Origin: Bacillota bacterium
GTDB taxonomy: Bacteria; Bacillota; SHA-98; Ch115; JABLXJ01
Assembly (NCBI GenBank): GCA_012839815.1
Contig: DUMQ01000136.1
Coordinates: 19,125-83,124, forward strand
Length of the DNA: 64,000 nt
Reading direction: 5' to 3'
In this document: positions 1 through 12,414 of the stretch, one piece after another
Layout: each line of letters starts with the position of its first letter
Position numbering within the stretch: position 1 is the stretch's first letter
Translations under genes and position numbers: made by a program
The notes under the pieces: generated by a model
What the model was told of the DNA's origin: nothing
The model's database searches: none
What the model saw: only the letters and a program-made list of their open reading frames with translations

Positions 1-1250
1 CCACCGGACGGGAGGTAATGCCTCGGCCTAGATGCTCTCTGGAACTGGCCGGACCATATCTGCGTCAGGCCGCAGCCTACCGTGAAGATGGCATCATCTC
101 CAAAGAACTCATTTAGCTCATAAAACACCCTCTGGGGTTTGATCGGAACATTATCGAACTCGAGCCTTCGCTCCATCTCCTGGCGTAGTTTAGGGATATC
201 CTTAACCCACCCCTGCGGCTCCCTCTTCTTGGTCTTCTCCTTTGCTGCACTAAGCAGCGCCTCGAGCGCAAGTCTTGCATCCGATACTATCCCGAGCTCT
301 GTGGGGACGATCCTGCCTATCTGCGTCGATTCTATGTCAACATGGATGAACTTCCGGCCTTTGGTGTAAACGTCAAGCCCTCCTGTGTGGCGGTCGCTAA
401 ACCTGCATCCTATCCCCACTACAAGATCTGAATCCAAAAACGCCTTATTCCCAAACCTCGTGTTACACTGGATGCCAACCTGCCCGCAGTAGAGCGGGTG
501 ATCAGGCGATATACCGCCTTTACCCATGTAGGTCGTCACAACCGGAAGGGACATGTATTCTGCAAACTTGATGAACTCCTCCGTTGCATCTGCTAATATA
601 ACCCCGCCTCCTAAAAGCAGAATGGGGGACTTGGCAGAGAGGATCATATCGATAGCCTTCTCGATCTTCTTGGGATCCGGCTTTGGCTTCTCCCAGGCAA
701 GCGGGGAGTCAGTATCAGGGTCATAAGAGATATCCGCCATCTGCACATCCAAAGGCAAATCTATGAGGATAGGCCCCGGTCTACCCTCCCTTGCGAGTTT
801 AAAGGCCCCTCTCATTATCCCAGGCACCTGGGCAGGCTCGGTTATGCACCATGACCCTTTCACAACAGGTCTTGCTATGGTGGCTATATCAACACACTGG
901 AATGATTCCTTGCCGAGCTGAGCCCTTGTGTTCTGGCCCGTTATCGCGACAATCGGAATCGAATCTATCTGCGCTGTATAGAGGCCTGTCACGAAATTGG
1001 TCGCCGCAGGCCCGCTTGTTGCTATGGCACATGCCATCCTGCCGCTAGCCCTTGTATAGCCATCAGCGGCGTGTGCCGCCCCCTCTTCATGCCTTGCGAT
1101 GTAGTGGCGTATCCTTGAGGATTGGCCAAGGTACTTATACACTGGGTTTATTGATGCCCCAGGTATACCGAATGCAGTATCTATCCCTTCGCTCTCTAAA
1201 ATCTTTACTACAGCCTCTGCTACCTTCAATATAAACACTCCCTTGATCAT
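1..1250 (-). CDS. gcl: Glyoxylate carboligase (tartronate-semialdehyde synthase), TPP enzyme. The N-terminal ~416 aa are present and the 3' end runs off the window edge.
   Basis: Reverse-strand translation begins at the ATG at 1248-1250. It reads MIKGVF..GIPGASINP..ATSGPAATNF..ITGQ..GRPGPILIDLP..EFDNVPIKPQRVF, which is near-identical in pattern to E. coli Gcl. The neighbours are an IclR regulator and a tartronate semialdehyde reductase. Confidence 0.85.
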   Translation of the reverse strand, partial: MIKGVFILKVAEAVVKILESEGIDTAFGIPGASINPVYKYLGQSSRIRHYIARHEEGAAHAADGYTRASGRMACAIATSGPAATNFVTGLYTAQIDSIPIVAITGQNTRAQLGKESFQCVDIATIARPVVKGSWCITEPAQVPGIMRGAFKLAREGRPGPILIDLPLDVQMADISYDPDTDSPLAWEKPKPDPKKIEKAIDMILSAKSPILLLGGGVILADATEEFIKFAEYMSLPVVTTYMGKGGISPDHPLYCGQVGIQCNTRFGNKAFLDSDLVVGIGCRFSDRHTGGLDVYTKGRKFIHVDIESTQIGRIVPTELGIVSDARLALEALLSAAKEKTKKREPQGWVKDIPKLRQEMERRLEFDNVPIKPQRVFYELNEFFGDDAIFTVGCGLTQIWSGQFQRASRPRHYLPSG

Positions 1251-1299
1251 GACCTCTGAGTCTTCTTATATCTATCTATGCTAACGTATGCTGACGGCC

Positions 1300-2151
1300 T
1301 TATTCCCCGGATACCTGAGCTAACTTGTGTAGCTTGGCTTTAGGGTCATTCACCCCGCTGATCTCCTTTCCTCTATAGCCCATCCTTCTTGATATTTCGG
1401 CTGCGACCTCTATGGTCTGCCGGATAAGCTCAGGCAGCCTCGCATCAGTGAACCTGACCGATGGGCCAGATACGCTTATAGCTGCAATTATACGGCCTGT
1501 GTGATCCCTCAAGGGGGCTGCAACACACCTCGCCCCGGGCTCGCACTCCTCATTATCAAGGGCATATCCGCGCTCGCGAGTCTTCTTGAGCTCCTCCAGG
1601 AAATCAGATACACTGCAGATCGTGTTTTGAGTCAGCCGTTCCATGCCGCTCTTTAAGAGGATCGCCTTGACTTCATCTTCTGGCATCTCTGAGGTGAGCA
1701 CCTTGCCTACGCCCGTACAATATATCGGGGCGCGCTTGCCTATCTTGACAAACATACCGAGAGAGGCGCTACTTTGAACCTTGTCTATGTACACAACCTC
1801 GTCTCTGTCCAGCACTACAAGGTTCGCAGTCTCTCCAGTGGACTCCATAAGCCTTCTGAGATATGGCGCAGCCTCCTCACGCAGATCTATTTGACTGAGG
1901 GCTGCGATTCCAAGCTCAATAGCCTTCATGCCCAGCCTGTATTTTTTGCTGCCGGGCACCTGCTCAACAAGGCCTAAGGAGATAAGGGTGGCAAGAATCC
2001 TGTGGACCGTGGCAACATGCATACCTAGCGCCGAAGTTATGGATGTAAGCGTTACTTCCCTTGGCCCGCTGGCCATGAATTCAATGATCTTGAATGCGCG
2101 TTGAATGGATTGTACGAGCCCTGAACGTTTATCTTTATCCAAATTGAGCAC
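1300..2151 (-). CDS. IclR-family transcriptional regulator (AllR/KdgR-like).
   Basis: 283 aa with an N-terminal winged HTH (VQSIQRAFKIIEFMAS..LTSITSALGMHVATVHRIL) and a C-terminal IclR effector domain. It sits between gcl and the reductase gene. Confidence 0.85.
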   Translation of the reverse strand: MLNLDKDKRSGLVQSIQRAFKIIEFMASGPREVTLTSITSALGMHVATVHRILATLISLGLVEQVPGSKKYRLGMKAIELGIAALSQIDLREEAAPYLRRLMESTGETANLVVLDRDEVVYIDKVQSSASLGMFVKIGKRAPIYCTGVGKVLTSEMPEDEVKAILLKSGMERLTQNTICSVSDFLEELKKTRERGYALDNEECEPGARCVAAPLRDHTGRIIAAISVSGPSVRFTDARLPELIRQTIEVAAEISRRMGYRGKEISGVNDPKAKLHKLAQVSGE

Positions 2152-2576
2152 CCTCTAGCTCGTCTAAGTTTTCCGCATAGCGATAATGATTATTGCATTG
2201 TGCTATCATCTGTATTCGATGGAGGCATCTAAAATCCTTCTACATCACAAAAATATTTTTTGCCAAACGGATATATTGAGAGATATGTGAGCTACGCCAA
2301 GACTATTGCTCGACGTGGCGGATCATGTGGACTCGCGGTATGGTTGATAAGGTATGAACCAATAGGCATGTTCTTCCGGAGGGTTTAGGGATATGATTCA
2401 CACCATAGCCAAATAAACTTGAAGGAGATCTAACAATCCTGTGGAAGTTTCGTTAAGTACAGACTCCAAATGGGTCATAAATATATCCACAGGTTAAATC
2501 AGCTCTTATCGCAAGGGAGGGAAGGGCGTCTCCTCTCAAAGTTCTGAGCCTTGAGATAAGGGACGCCGGAATCCAA

Positions 2577-3482
2577 GTGAAACCAAAGGTAGGCTTTATC
2601 GGCCTCGGGATCATGGGAAAGCCGATGGCAAAGAATGTGCTTAAAGCAGGCTATGAGCTTACAGTCTTCAACCGTACATCATCCAAGACAGAAGAATTGA
2701 AGCGGACAGGAGCCAAGGTGGCCTCTTCCCCTGCGCAGGTAGCCAGGGAATCCGACATAGTTATAACGATGGTGAGTGATTCCCCTGATGTCAGAGAGGT
2801 GGTTCTTGGAAAGAACGGCATAATAGAGGGATCGCGCCCGGGTCTGATTCTCATTGACATGAGCACCATTTCCCCTCAAGTAACCGTGGAGATCAATCAC
2901 GAACTCGGACGAAGAGGCGTAGAGATGCTTGACGCCCCGGTAAGCGGTGGGGAAAAGGGTGCGATCGAGGGAACCCTATCAATTATGGTGGGGGGCAAGA
3001 AGGAAGTATTTGAAAGGTGCCTTCCCATATTGAAATCCATGGGAAGGAAGATAACCCACATTGGACCGAGCGGCGCTGGTCAGTGGGCAAAGCTCTGTAA
3101 CCAGGTGCTAGCCTCTCTTAACCTCCTTGCCGTATGTGAGGGATTGGTGCTAGCAGCCAAGGCCGGCCTCGATATCAATAAGGTGATCGAAGCCCTGTCC
3201 GGAGGGGCGGCACAATCATGGGCGCTCTTGAATCAAGCCCCTAAGATCGTTGAGCGGGATTTCTCGCCGGGCTTTCTGGTAAAGCTCCACCAAAAGGATT
3301 TAAGGCTTGTCCTATCCGCAGCGGAGAGTGTTGGCGTATCTCTACCTGGTACGAGTTTGGTTCACCAGCTTTACAATTCCATAGAGAGTGAGGAAGGCGC
3401 CAGCATGCTTGGTAATCATGCCCTTATTAAGTCATTGGAAAAACTTGCCGGGTGTGAGGTTAAGTCGCAAGTGTCCTCGTGA
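2577..3482 (+). CDS. garR: 2-hydroxy-3-oxopropionate (tartronate semialdehyde) reductase, 3-hydroxyisobutyrate-DH family.
   Basis: GTG start. The N-terminal Rossmann motif is GFIGLGIMGKPMAKN and the length is 301 aa. The gene sits in the context of gcl. Confidence 0.8.
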   Translation: MKPKVGFIGLGIMGKPMAKNVLKAGYELTVFNRTSSKTEELKRTGAKVASSPAQVARESDIVITMVSDSPDVREVVLGKNGIIEGSRPGLILIDMSTISPQVTVEINHELGRRGVEMLDAPVSGGEKGAIEGTLSIMVGGKKEVFERCLPILKSMGRKITHIGPSGAGQWAKLCNQVLASLNLLAVCEGLVLAAKAGLDINKVIEALSGGAAQSWALLNQAPKIVERDFSPGFLVKLHQKDLRLVLSAAESVGVSLPGTSLVHQLYNSIESEEGASMLGNHALIKSLEKLAGCEVKSQVSS

Positions 3483-4075
3483 GGGATCCGTGAGACAACA
3501 AACAGCACCTCTTCCGCCAAAAGGGCGTGGCCTTCGCCGAATGGTTGTACTTTCCCGTCTACCCACGAAAGGCCGCGCTCCACCATGACACCTTTTGCCT
3601 TCGCCCAATCGAGAAAGTCACTCACAGTAAAAAGATGTATATTCGGAGTATCATGCCACTGATATGGGAGGACCGGTGTTATCGGCATTCGACCGGTGCG
3701 CACAAAGGACGCTATGATGCCCCAGTGGCCAAAATTGGGAAAGCTGACTATGCCAGCCCTTCCGACCCTCAGCATCTCCTCAAGGACGAGGAGCGGCTTG
3801 TGGACCGCTTGGAGGGTCTTCTCGAGGACTACATAATCAAAAAACCCGTCCGGGAACCCCGCAAGTCCCTGATCGAGGTCAGCATGGTATACGGGCACCC
3901 CTCTGGCAACACATTCCATAACATGATCGATATCCTTTTCAATTCCCTGACCCTGCACGCCCTTATACCTAATAAGCTTGGAGAGCAGTTCCCCATCTCC
4001 ACATCCTAAATCGAGGACCGACGAGCCTGCAGGAATTATCTCGTAAATCGCCTGATGATCCCATCGGATACTCAT
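3416..4075 (-). CDS. metW: Methionine biosynthesis protein MetW.
   Basis: MSIRWDHQAIYEIIPAGSSVLDLGCGDGELL matches the MetW N-terminus. The gene lies immediately downstream of metX. Its 3' end overlaps the convergent garR 3' end by about 67 nt. Confidence 0.75.
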   Translation of the reverse strand: MSIRWDHQAIYEIIPAGSSVLDLGCGDGELLSKLIRYKGVQGQGIEKDIDHVMECVARGVPVYHADLDQGLAGFPDGFFDYVVLEKTLQAVHKPLLVLEEMLRVGRAGIVSFPNFGHWGIIASFVRTGRMPITPVLPYQWHDTPNIHLFTVSDFLDWAKAKGVMVERGLSWVDGKVQPFGEGHALLAEEVLFVVSRIPHEDTCDLTSHPASFSNDLIRA

Positions 4076-4079
4076 ATCA

Positions 4080-5306
4080 CTACTCCCCCTTCAAGAAGAC
4101 ACCGTCAAGGAAAGACCGTATCAAGGGTTCCAGCTTCTCAACTTCAAGAAGGAAGGCATCATGCCCATATGATGAAGGGATGTTGACATAGGTTACTGGT
4201 TTCCTGTTACGACATAGGGCAAGGGCCAATTCCTTCATCTGCTCGGGTGTGTAGAGCCAATCTGAGGAAAATGAAACTAAAAGGAATTTTGAATCTACCC
4301 TGCTGCATGCCTTGTCGAGGTCTCCATCCCCCCATGAAGCGGCGTCATAGTAATCCATGGCCCGGCTTATGTATAGATAGCTGTTAGCATCAAATCTCTC
4401 GACAAAGGCCTGCCCCTGGTGCTGGAGGTAGCTTTCCACCTCGAAGTCAATCCCCAGGTGGAACCCTGGTGCGTTGGTGCCGTTACGGTATCGACGGCCG
4501 AACTTCTGGCGCATAGATACCTCTGAGAGATAAGTTATATGGCCCAGCATCCGGGCTATGGCAAGCCCTCGATCCGGGGTTGGGCCCCCGTAGTAGTTGC
4601 CGTCCTTGAAATTGGGATCATTGATAATGGCATGCCGTCCCACCGCATTGAAAGCAAGGCCTTGATCGCTTAATCGCGCGGAGGATGCGAGGATTATGGC
4701 CAGCTTCGCTCTTCCGGGATATGCAAGGGTCCATTCCAGAGCCTGCTGTCCCCCAAGGGAACCCCCGGCTACGGCAAACAGGCGTTCTATACCCAGATAA
4801 GTAACCAGCCGCTCTTGGAGCCTGACCCAGTCTCCCACGGTGACGATTGGGAATCGAAGCCCGTATGGGCGACCCGTGGCGGGGTCTATTGAAGAAGGGC
4901 CGGTCGTCCCATAACAGCTCCCCAAGACATTGGAACATATGACACAGTATTTCCGAGTATCAAAGGCCTTCCCAGGACCGACCATCATGTCCCACCACCC
5001 GGGGCGGGCCTTGCGCCACAGCCGGCCGTATTCCTCGGCCCTAGCATCCCAGCCTGCTACATGAGCGTCTCCCGAAAGTGCATGTAGGATGAGTATCACA
5101 TTGTCGCGGTTCTCGTTCATCTCCCCGTAGACTTCGTATTCGACGTCGACTGGTGCAATACTCTCACCGCAGTCCAGGAGAAGTGGATTACCTTCATCGG
5201 CCAACCGGACGCGAAGGGGCTCGGTCCAGCCCACCGACCTAGGAGAATCGGGGCCATCATACCGCTTGGGTTTCTTGCCAACAAGGGCGTTTATGGGATC
5301 GCTCAT
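4080..5306 (-). CDS. metX: Homoserine O-acetyltransferase.
   Basis: 408 aa alpha/beta hydrolase with a GGSLGGQQALEW nucleophile-elbow motif. It sits between metY and metW. Confidence 0.9.
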   Translation of the reverse strand: MSDPINALVGKKPKRYDGPDSPRSVGWTEPLRVRLADEGNPLLLDCGESIAPVDVEYEVYGEMNENRDNVILILHALSGDAHVAGWDARAEEYGRLWRKARPGWWDMMVGPGKAFDTRKYCVICSNVLGSCYGTTGPSSIDPATGRPYGLRFPIVTVGDWVRLQERLVTYLGIERLFAVAGGSLGGQQALEWTLAYPGRAKLAIILASSARLSDQGLAFNAVGRHAIINDPNFKDGNYYGGPTPDRGLAIARMLGHITYLSEVSMRQKFGRRYRNGTNAPGFHLGIDFEVESYLQHQGQAFVERFDANSYLYISRAMDYYDAASWGDGDLDKACSRVDSKFLLVSFSSDWLYTPEQMKELALALCRNRKPVTYVNIPSSYGHDAFLLEVEKLEPLIRSFLDGVFLKGE

Positions 5307-5345
5307 CTGGCATCTCCTCCGACTCTTCTTCTTATCGCTGACTCT

Positions 5346-6885
<1,540 letters not shown>

Positions 6886-7106
6886 TAAACTAAGTATTTT
6901 GATAGGTTTAATTGATTTAACCTAAATATATATGATCATCCTCCACCTGTCAATAGGCAACAATAACTCAACATGGTGGAGCGTATAACTCCGGTCGTCC
7001 TCCATGCAGGCCACGAAGTGAGGAATACGCTGATGATGCAGTCTTTGTTTTCCTAAGGATGAGCGTTTCACACCTCACCTCCGCATTGACGAATCTCCAT
7101 ACTTCG

Positions 7107-8306
7107 TCAACAAACCGTAGGTCGAGTGTATCGCAGGTTGGAAAGGACTGCTGCGAGGAAACAGATCCCTGATGCCGTGATAAATACACCGGGCAAGCCT
7201 ATGTTTTCTCCAATGGCACCCGAAATCGTGGGACCCAAAAACATTCCCAGGGAATAGATTGATTGAAAGAACCCCATTGCCGTAGCCCGTCGATCAGGCT
7301 CCACGGCCTGTATACTCAGGCCCATGAGCACAGGGTAGACCAATCCCCTTCCGAAACCCCCTATGGCTTGGGATATATATAAAAAGGGAAGAGTCTCGAT
7401 CACAGGGATAATAATTGTGGTCAGGCCGGCAACAAGAGATCCGATGGCGGCGATCTTCCCTTCCTCCATATACCTCGCAAGCCACGTCCCACCTATGAGG
7501 GAAGCTACAGTATAGGGAACAAGGGTGACCAGTGAAAGGATGCCTAGCTCGGCCTTTGAGGCGCCAATCCGTGATGCATACAGTGGCGTGAAGCCGTAAA
7601 CGGTTGCAAAAGTAACGTATTGAGTGAGGGCCCCTAGGAAGGAGACGTAAAGGAGTCTAGTATCCTTACCCACCTGCATAAGATGAGCGATGGAGAGCGC
7701 CTCTCCTGAAACCTTGCGTTTCTCCTTTAGAGCCAGGCTACATAAAGTCCCAAATCCACCCAGCATCGCAGCCCCCAGGAAAGGCGCAAGCCATCCATAG
7801 CGTTCCGCAATGAGCCCGCCAATAAAGGTCGCGAGCGTTTGCCCAAGCGAATTGCAGAAGACTATAGTGCTCATTGCATGGGTCGCCTCGCGTGGATTAA
7901 AATAGCTCGAGAAAAGAATGGTAAATGCAACCCAGGTGGTGGCAGCTACGCCGCTGAATGCACGGAAGACAACGAGAAGGTAGGGCGTACGCGATAAGGC
8001 GAGGCCAACCGCGCTTCCGGTGGCGGCTACGAAGCCAGCGACTACGAAGGGCTTTCGAAGTCCGAGCCGATCAGACCAGATCCCTGTCGGGATACGTAGG
8101 ATTAACTGCGTAAATCCGTAGGAGCCGGTGACGATGCCGACGATGGTAAGAGAACCGCCAATAAATTGGGTATAGGATGGCAGAATCGGAACATAAAGGT
8201 AAAGGGATGCCCAAAATACTATAGTCAGAACTGCGAGGAGAATTCCGCTAGCGGCCTCCTCGCTCGAGCGTGTGTACACATCTTCTCCTGTAATGTCTGT
8301 AATCAT
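7107..8306 (-). CDS. MFS transporter.
   Basis: 399 aa with about 12 predicted TM helices and an MFS-like loop motif (LSDRLGLRKPF). Confidence 0.8.
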   Translation of the reverse strand: MITDITGEDVYTRSSEEAASGILLAVLTIVFWASLYLYVPILPSYTQFIGGSLTIVGIVTGSYGFTQLILRIPTGIWSDRLGLRKPFVVAGFVAATGSAVGLALSRTPYLLVVFRAFSGVAATTWVAFTILFSSYFNPREATHAMSTIVFCNSLGQTLATFIGGLIAERYGWLAPFLGAAMLGGFGTLCSLALKEKRKVSGEALSIAHLMQVGKDTRLLYVSFLGALTQYVTFATVYGFTPLYASRIGASKAELGILSLVTLVPYTVASLIGGTWLARYMEEGKIAAIGSLVAGLTTIIIPVIETLPFLYISQAIGGFGRGLVYPVLMGLSIQAVEPDRRATAMGFFQSIYSLGMFLGPTISGAIGENIGLPGVFITASGICFLAAVLSNLRYTRPTVC

Positions 8307-8418
8307 GGTTTGTATATTATCTCCTGATAATGGCTATACCCCTGCGATGCGTTAGGCGAGAAGGAGGCCATAACCCTCCAAGGAATCGGGTTACGGCCAT
8401 CCTCGCGTAACCAACCAA

Positions 8419-9324
8419 TCAAACAAAATATGGATCTAGAAGCTTCTTGGCCAGGTAAATACCGTCTAAGATATTCTCCTCGTCCTTCTCCCAGCCCCTG
8501 TCCTCGTGCTCCACGCTCACCACATAGTCATAGCCAACCTCGTAAAGCGCCCTCAGATACCCCTTCCAGTCAATATCCCCCAGCCCCGCTATCTTGTCCA
8601 TATAGAACCCGAAGCCATATATCCCTTTCCTGCCGAGCTTATCCTTGAGTATCTTCGTGTCCTTGGCGTGGGTGTGGAATATCTTCTCCTTGAAGTCGTA
8701 GACCGCCTGGATGTAGTCGATCTGCTGCCAGATGAGATGCGAGGGATCCAGGTTGAGCCCAAGGTAATCCGAGGGGATCAGCTCAAACATCCTCTCCCAT
8801 ATCTCAGGCGTGGATGCCAGGTTCGACCCGCCCGGCCACCTGTCTTCATAGAGCATGGGGCAGTTCTCTATCGCTAGCTTCACCCCGTGATCCTCGGCGA
8901 ACTTCACAAGGTCAGGGAACACCTTTTTATACTCTTCAAGGCTTTCCTCGACGCTCGCCCTCGGGTCCCTGCCCACGAAGGTGCCTACCACACCGACACC
9001 AAGCATCTGGGCCGCGACTATAACCCGTTTGAGATGTTCATGCGCCTCCCGCCTGGCATCAAGATTGGGATCGAGGTTATTGGGGTAGTACGCAAGAGAT
9101 GATATCTGCATGTTCTTCTCGGCGAACATCGCCTTGATCTCTGATGCCTTATCTGCCGTGAGGTTGACTACATCAATATGCTGGGTGCCGGCGTATCTCC
9201 TCTTCTCGTAGGACGCAGGCCAGCATGCAACCTCCAGCATCTTGAAGCCCTTGCTCGAACCCCACTCCACAAGCTCCTTCAGGCTCTTGTTGGGCAGCGC
9301 CGCGGTCAGAAAACCCAATTTCAT
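8419..9324 (-). CDS. Sugar phosphate isomerase/epimerase (xylose isomerase-like TIM barrel), copy 1.
   Basis: TIM-barrel family pattern (KLGFLTAAL.., HTHAKD, EHED). Start ATG at 9324 is preceded by a GAGGAGGG RBS and is 15 nt downstream of the upstream gene's stop. Confidence 0.8.
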   Translation of the reverse strand: MKLGFLTAALPNKSLKELVEWGSSKGFKMLEVACWPASYEKRRYAGTQHIDVVNLTADKASEIKAMFAEKNMQISSLAYYPNNLDPNLDARREAHEHLKRVIVAAQMLGVGVVGTFVGRDPRASVEESLEEYKKVFPDLVKFAEDHGVKLAIENCPMLYEDRWPGGSNLASTPEIWERMFELIPSDYLGLNLDPSHLIWQQIDYIQAVYDFKEKIFHTHAKDTKILKDKLGRKGIYGFGFYMDKIAGLGDIDWKGYLRALYEVGYDYVVSVEHEDRGWEKDEENILDGIYLAKKLLDPYFV

Positions 9325-9338
9325 CGTAGGTCCCTCCT

Positions 9339-10496
9339 CTATTTTACTTCCACCCATTTGCGCTCGCGCGCGCTCTTCAGGATGACCTCGCACATCATGA
9401 TCTCCCGGTGCCCGTCCTTGAACGTCGGGAATTTGGGGGCTATGCCCCTCTTGTAGTCCCCTGAGGCAATGTATGAATACACCTGCTTGAACATCTGCTT
9501 TGTCGTATCTGGGAACCCTTCGGTGTGCCCTCCCGGGAAGCTCACTATCTCTCTCGCCTCAGGATACATGAGCGACGGGTCCTTGATCATGACCTCGTTG
9601 TTACCATCGCGCCTCCCTATCCAGAGCTCATTGGGCTTCTCCGAATCCCATGCCAGGGCTTTCTTTGAGCCGTCGATCTCAAAGTAAATCCTGTTCTTCC
9701 GGCCGGCCGCAACCTGGTTTACGGTCATAACGCCCTTCGCCCCGCCCTCGAACTCCAGGAGCACCGTGGCGTAATCCTCGGTGTTTATGGGGACATCCTG
9801 GTAGTCCTCCGGGCTCAACATCTTACCCGCATAGGTCTCAACAGGCTTTAGGGGCTTCTTCCTGATGGGATGGAAGGTGGCGAAGTCAGCGCACACAGCC
9901 TTCACCCTGAGCCCTGAGATGAACTCTATGAGGTCAAGCCAGTGGGAGCCTATATCTGCCACTGCCCTCGACTCCCCGCTATACTCGGGCTCGAGCCGCC
10001 AGTTATAGTCGGTCTCGTAGAAGAGCCAGTCCTGGAGATAAGACCCATGGATCGCAAATATCTTCCCGATATCACCCTTTTCAACCATCGCACGGGCCTG
10101 ATGGACAAGCGGGTAGTAACGCACATTGAAGTGAATCGCGTTTACGAGCCCGGTGCGGCTGGCCACGTCAACGAGGTCCTCAGCCTCTTTAGAGTTCATG
10201 GCGAGGGGCTTTTCGCAGACCACATGCTTACCCGCCTCGAGAGCTGCTTTGCTCATGGGATAATGGAGATTGTTGGGTGTGCAGATGTGAACAGCCTCGA
10301 TATCGGGATCGGCCAGGATCTTCTGCCAATCCCCATAGGCTTTCTCGATGCCGAGCTGTTCTGCCTTGCGATCTGCGACCTCCTGGTCGATATCTGCAAT
10401 AGCAACAACATCCACAAGCCCCGTGCGCCGCAAAGCCTCAACGTGCGCAGGCCCGATAAAACCCGTACCTATGACCCCGACTGGAATTTTCTTCAT
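9339..10496 (-). CDS. Gfo/Idh/MocA-family NAD(P)-dependent oxidoreductase.
   Basis: The N-terminus [22 protein letters not shown] is a Rossmann motif. The protein is 385 aa with a C-terminal alpha/beta domain. Confidence 0.85.
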   Translation of the reverse strand: MKKIPVGVIGTGFIGPAHVEALRRTGLVDVVAIADIDQEVADRKAEQLGIEKAYGDWQKILADPDIEAVHICTPNNLHYPMSKAALEAGKHVVCEKPLAMNSKEAEDLVDVASRTGLVNAIHFNVRYYPLVHQARAMVEKGDIGKIFAIHGSYLQDWLFYETDYNWRLEPEYSGESRAVADIGSHWLDLIEFISGLRVKAVCADFATFHPIRKKPLKPVETYAGKMLSPEDYQDVPINTEDYATVLLEFEGGAKGVMTVNQVAAGRKNRIYFEIDGSKKALAWDSEKPNELWIGRRDGNNEVMIKDPSLMYPEAREIVSFPGGHTEGFPDTTKQMFKQVYSYIASGDYKRGIAPKFPTFKDGHREIMMCEVILKSARERKWVEVK

Positions 10497-10542
10497 CCTA
10501 TCTCAACCCCCATCTAAGAATGGATCCGATAAAGGCGAATCT

Positions 10543-11550
10543 TTAACGCCCCAGGCGCTCTTTGGCCCACAGGGCAGCACCTATCATGCCTGCATCCGGG
10601 CCAAGCTCGGCTGGCACCACCTGGATTTTCTCGCCTGGGACTATATGAACTCGGGCGTGGATCACCTCTCTGATCTTGTTTATAAGCCTCTCGCCTGCCT
10701 GCGCCACACCTCCCCCGATTACGATCATCTGGGGATTGATGGTGGTCGCCGCGCTTGAGAGGGCTATTCCTATGTACTCTGCCGCCTTCTCAATAACGTC
10801 GATTGCAACCCTGTCACCTTTCCCGGCAGCCTCCGCTATGACCTTTGGGGTGACCTTATTCAAATCTCCCTCGACAAGATCCCGTATCAAAGTATCGTTC
10901 TGTTGCACTATCGCCCTGATCGCCATGGCCACCATAGCTGGCCCGCTCGCGTACGCCTCGAGGCATCCCCTGTTGCCGCACCCGCACAGGATACCGCCGG
11001 GCTCCACGATGATATGGCCGACCTCACCAGCACCACCGTCCGCTCCAAGGTAGAGGTCGCCGTTTACAACAACGCCCCCGCCTATACCCGTCCCAACTGT
11101 GGCCAGCACCAGGCTATCCACGGATTTCCCCGCGCCAAGGCGCTTCTCTGCCAGCGTGGTCGCCCTGGCATCGTTTATCACGTAGACGGGTAGGCCCAGG
11201 GCAGCCTCAAGAAGGGATTTTAGCCGGACCCCTTCCCACTTCCCGGGGAAGTTGGGCAGCATGATGCAGACGCCCGCATCCCAGTCTATGAGACCCGGAA
11301 TGCCCGTCCCAACGGCCCGCGCTTCATAGCCTCTTTCCCTAGCCTCATTCATGACCCTTCTAGCCATCCCGGCCATCGTCTCAACCACAGCCTGCGGTGG
11401 ACGGTGGACGTCGGTTGGACCTGTCGTCTTTGAAATTACCTGTCCTTCTTCAGATATTGTAACTACCTTGATGTTAGTGCCTCCAAGGTCGATGCCGATG
11501 AAGCAATCCATCCGATGCACCCCCACACGTTTATCCAGATCATCTCTCAT
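10543..11550 (-). CDS. ROK-family sugar kinase. It has no N-terminal HTH, so it is more likely a kinase than a regulator.
   Basis: Carries an ATPase motif (GIDLGGTNIKV) and the ROK zinc motif (CGCGNRGCLEAYASG). An alternative start lies at 11511 (MDCFIGIDLGG), which has a GGGGGTG RBS. Confidence 0.8.
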   Translation of the reverse strand: MRDDLDKRVGVHRMDCFIGIDLGGTNIKVVTISEEGQVISKTTGPTDVHRPPQAVVETMAGMARRVMNEARERGYEARAVGTGIPGLIDWDAGVCIMLPNFPGKWEGVRLKSLLEAALGLPVYVINDARATTLAEKRLGAGKSVDSLVLATVGTGIGGGVVVNGDLYLGADGGAGEVGHIIVEPGGILCGCGNRGCLEAYASGPAMVAMAIRAIVQQNDTLIRDLVEGDLNKVTPKVIAEAAGKGDRVAIDVIEKAAEYIGIALSSAATTINPQMIVIGGGVAQAGERLINKIREVIHARVHIVPGEKIQVVPAELGPDAGMIGAALWAKERLGR

Positions 11551-11583
11551 ACGCTATCTTTTCTGTGCCTCTTTACTGAGTTA

Positions 11584-12414
11584 TTAGGGCTGGCCGGGGT
11601 TCAATTTCCGCGTAATCTGCGCGTTATTCGCCCAAAGCTCGACAACGAATTTGCACTTATCGCCGCGAGTTATTGAGTTCGTGAGCTCAATGGGCTCACC
11701 TGTTTCCAGGTAAGCTATCCGCTCGATCGAGAAACCGCTCGTGCCGGGTTTACACTTAAGCAGCTTGGCTTCTGAGGGAGCGAGAGAGATCGCCTCATGC
11801 GTCTCCACAGCTCTATACGGCTCCAGGCCATACTCGGTCCTGAGGATGTGATAAAGAGATTGCCTCGAGAGGTCACGCTCGATAAGGCCCGGACACAGAT
11901 AATACGGGACACATGTGGTCTCAATCAACAGAGGTTCATCATTGGCCATCCTTATTCGCGTATACTTGGTCACCTTTTTGTCACTAGCGGGTAATGCCAG
12001 GTTTTTGCTGATATCCTCACTGGCCTCTGTTACTACCGCCTCGAGTATCTTTGAGCTGGGGACGAGCCCCATCCTGTACATGTCGTCCGTGAAGCTATAT
12101 AGGTGCTGCAGGTGACGCTGTATCTTGGATCGACCTATGAAGGTCCCCTTGCCCTGCCTCCTGTAGACCAAGCCTTCGCTCACAAGTGCATCAATTGCTT
12201 GCCTTACGGTCGAGCGGCTCACCTTGTATCTCTCGCAAAGGTCGCGCTCGGATGGCAGCATATCCCCTGGTTTAAATATGCCCGCCATTATCCCCCGCTT
12301 TATTATTCCTAAAAGCTGGTGATAGAGAGGCACAGCGCTCTCTTCGCTCAAGCTCCCTCCAAATTCCAGTCGCCTATCAGCCACTTTTTCCATCACTCCA
12401 AATCGATTTAGCAA
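11584..12414 (-). CDS. GntR-family (HutC subfamily, UTRA effector domain) transcriptional regulator.
   Basis: Contains the GntR HTH (LPSERDLCERYKVSRSTVRQAIDALVSEGLVYRRQGKGTFI) and a C-terminal UTRA-like domain. Confidence 0.8.
   Translation of the reverse strand: MLNRFGVMEKVADRRLEFGGSLSEESAVPLYHQLLGIIKRGIMAGIFKPGDMLPSERDLCERYKVSRSTVRQAIDALVSEGLVYRRQGKGTFIGRSKIQRHLQHLYSFTDDMYRMGLVPSSKILEAVVTEASEDISKNLALPASDKKVTKYTRIRMANDEPLLIETTCVPYYLCPGLIERDLSRQSLYHILRTEYGLEPYRAVETHEAISLAPSEAKLLKCKPGTSGFSIERIAYLETGEPIELTNSITRGDKCKFVVELWANNAQITRKLNPGQP

Noticed and set aside
3416-3482. 67-bp convergent overlap between garR and metW 3' ends as a possible antisense regulatory arrangement.
   Set aside because: It is more likely that metW carries a short non-conserved C-terminal extension. 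Convergent overlaps are common and there is no supporting structure.
6968-7189. 73-aa ORF between the S-box leader and the MFS transporter gene.
   Set aside because: It overlaps the MFS transporter 3' end in another frame and has no RBS or motif. It is a chance ORF.
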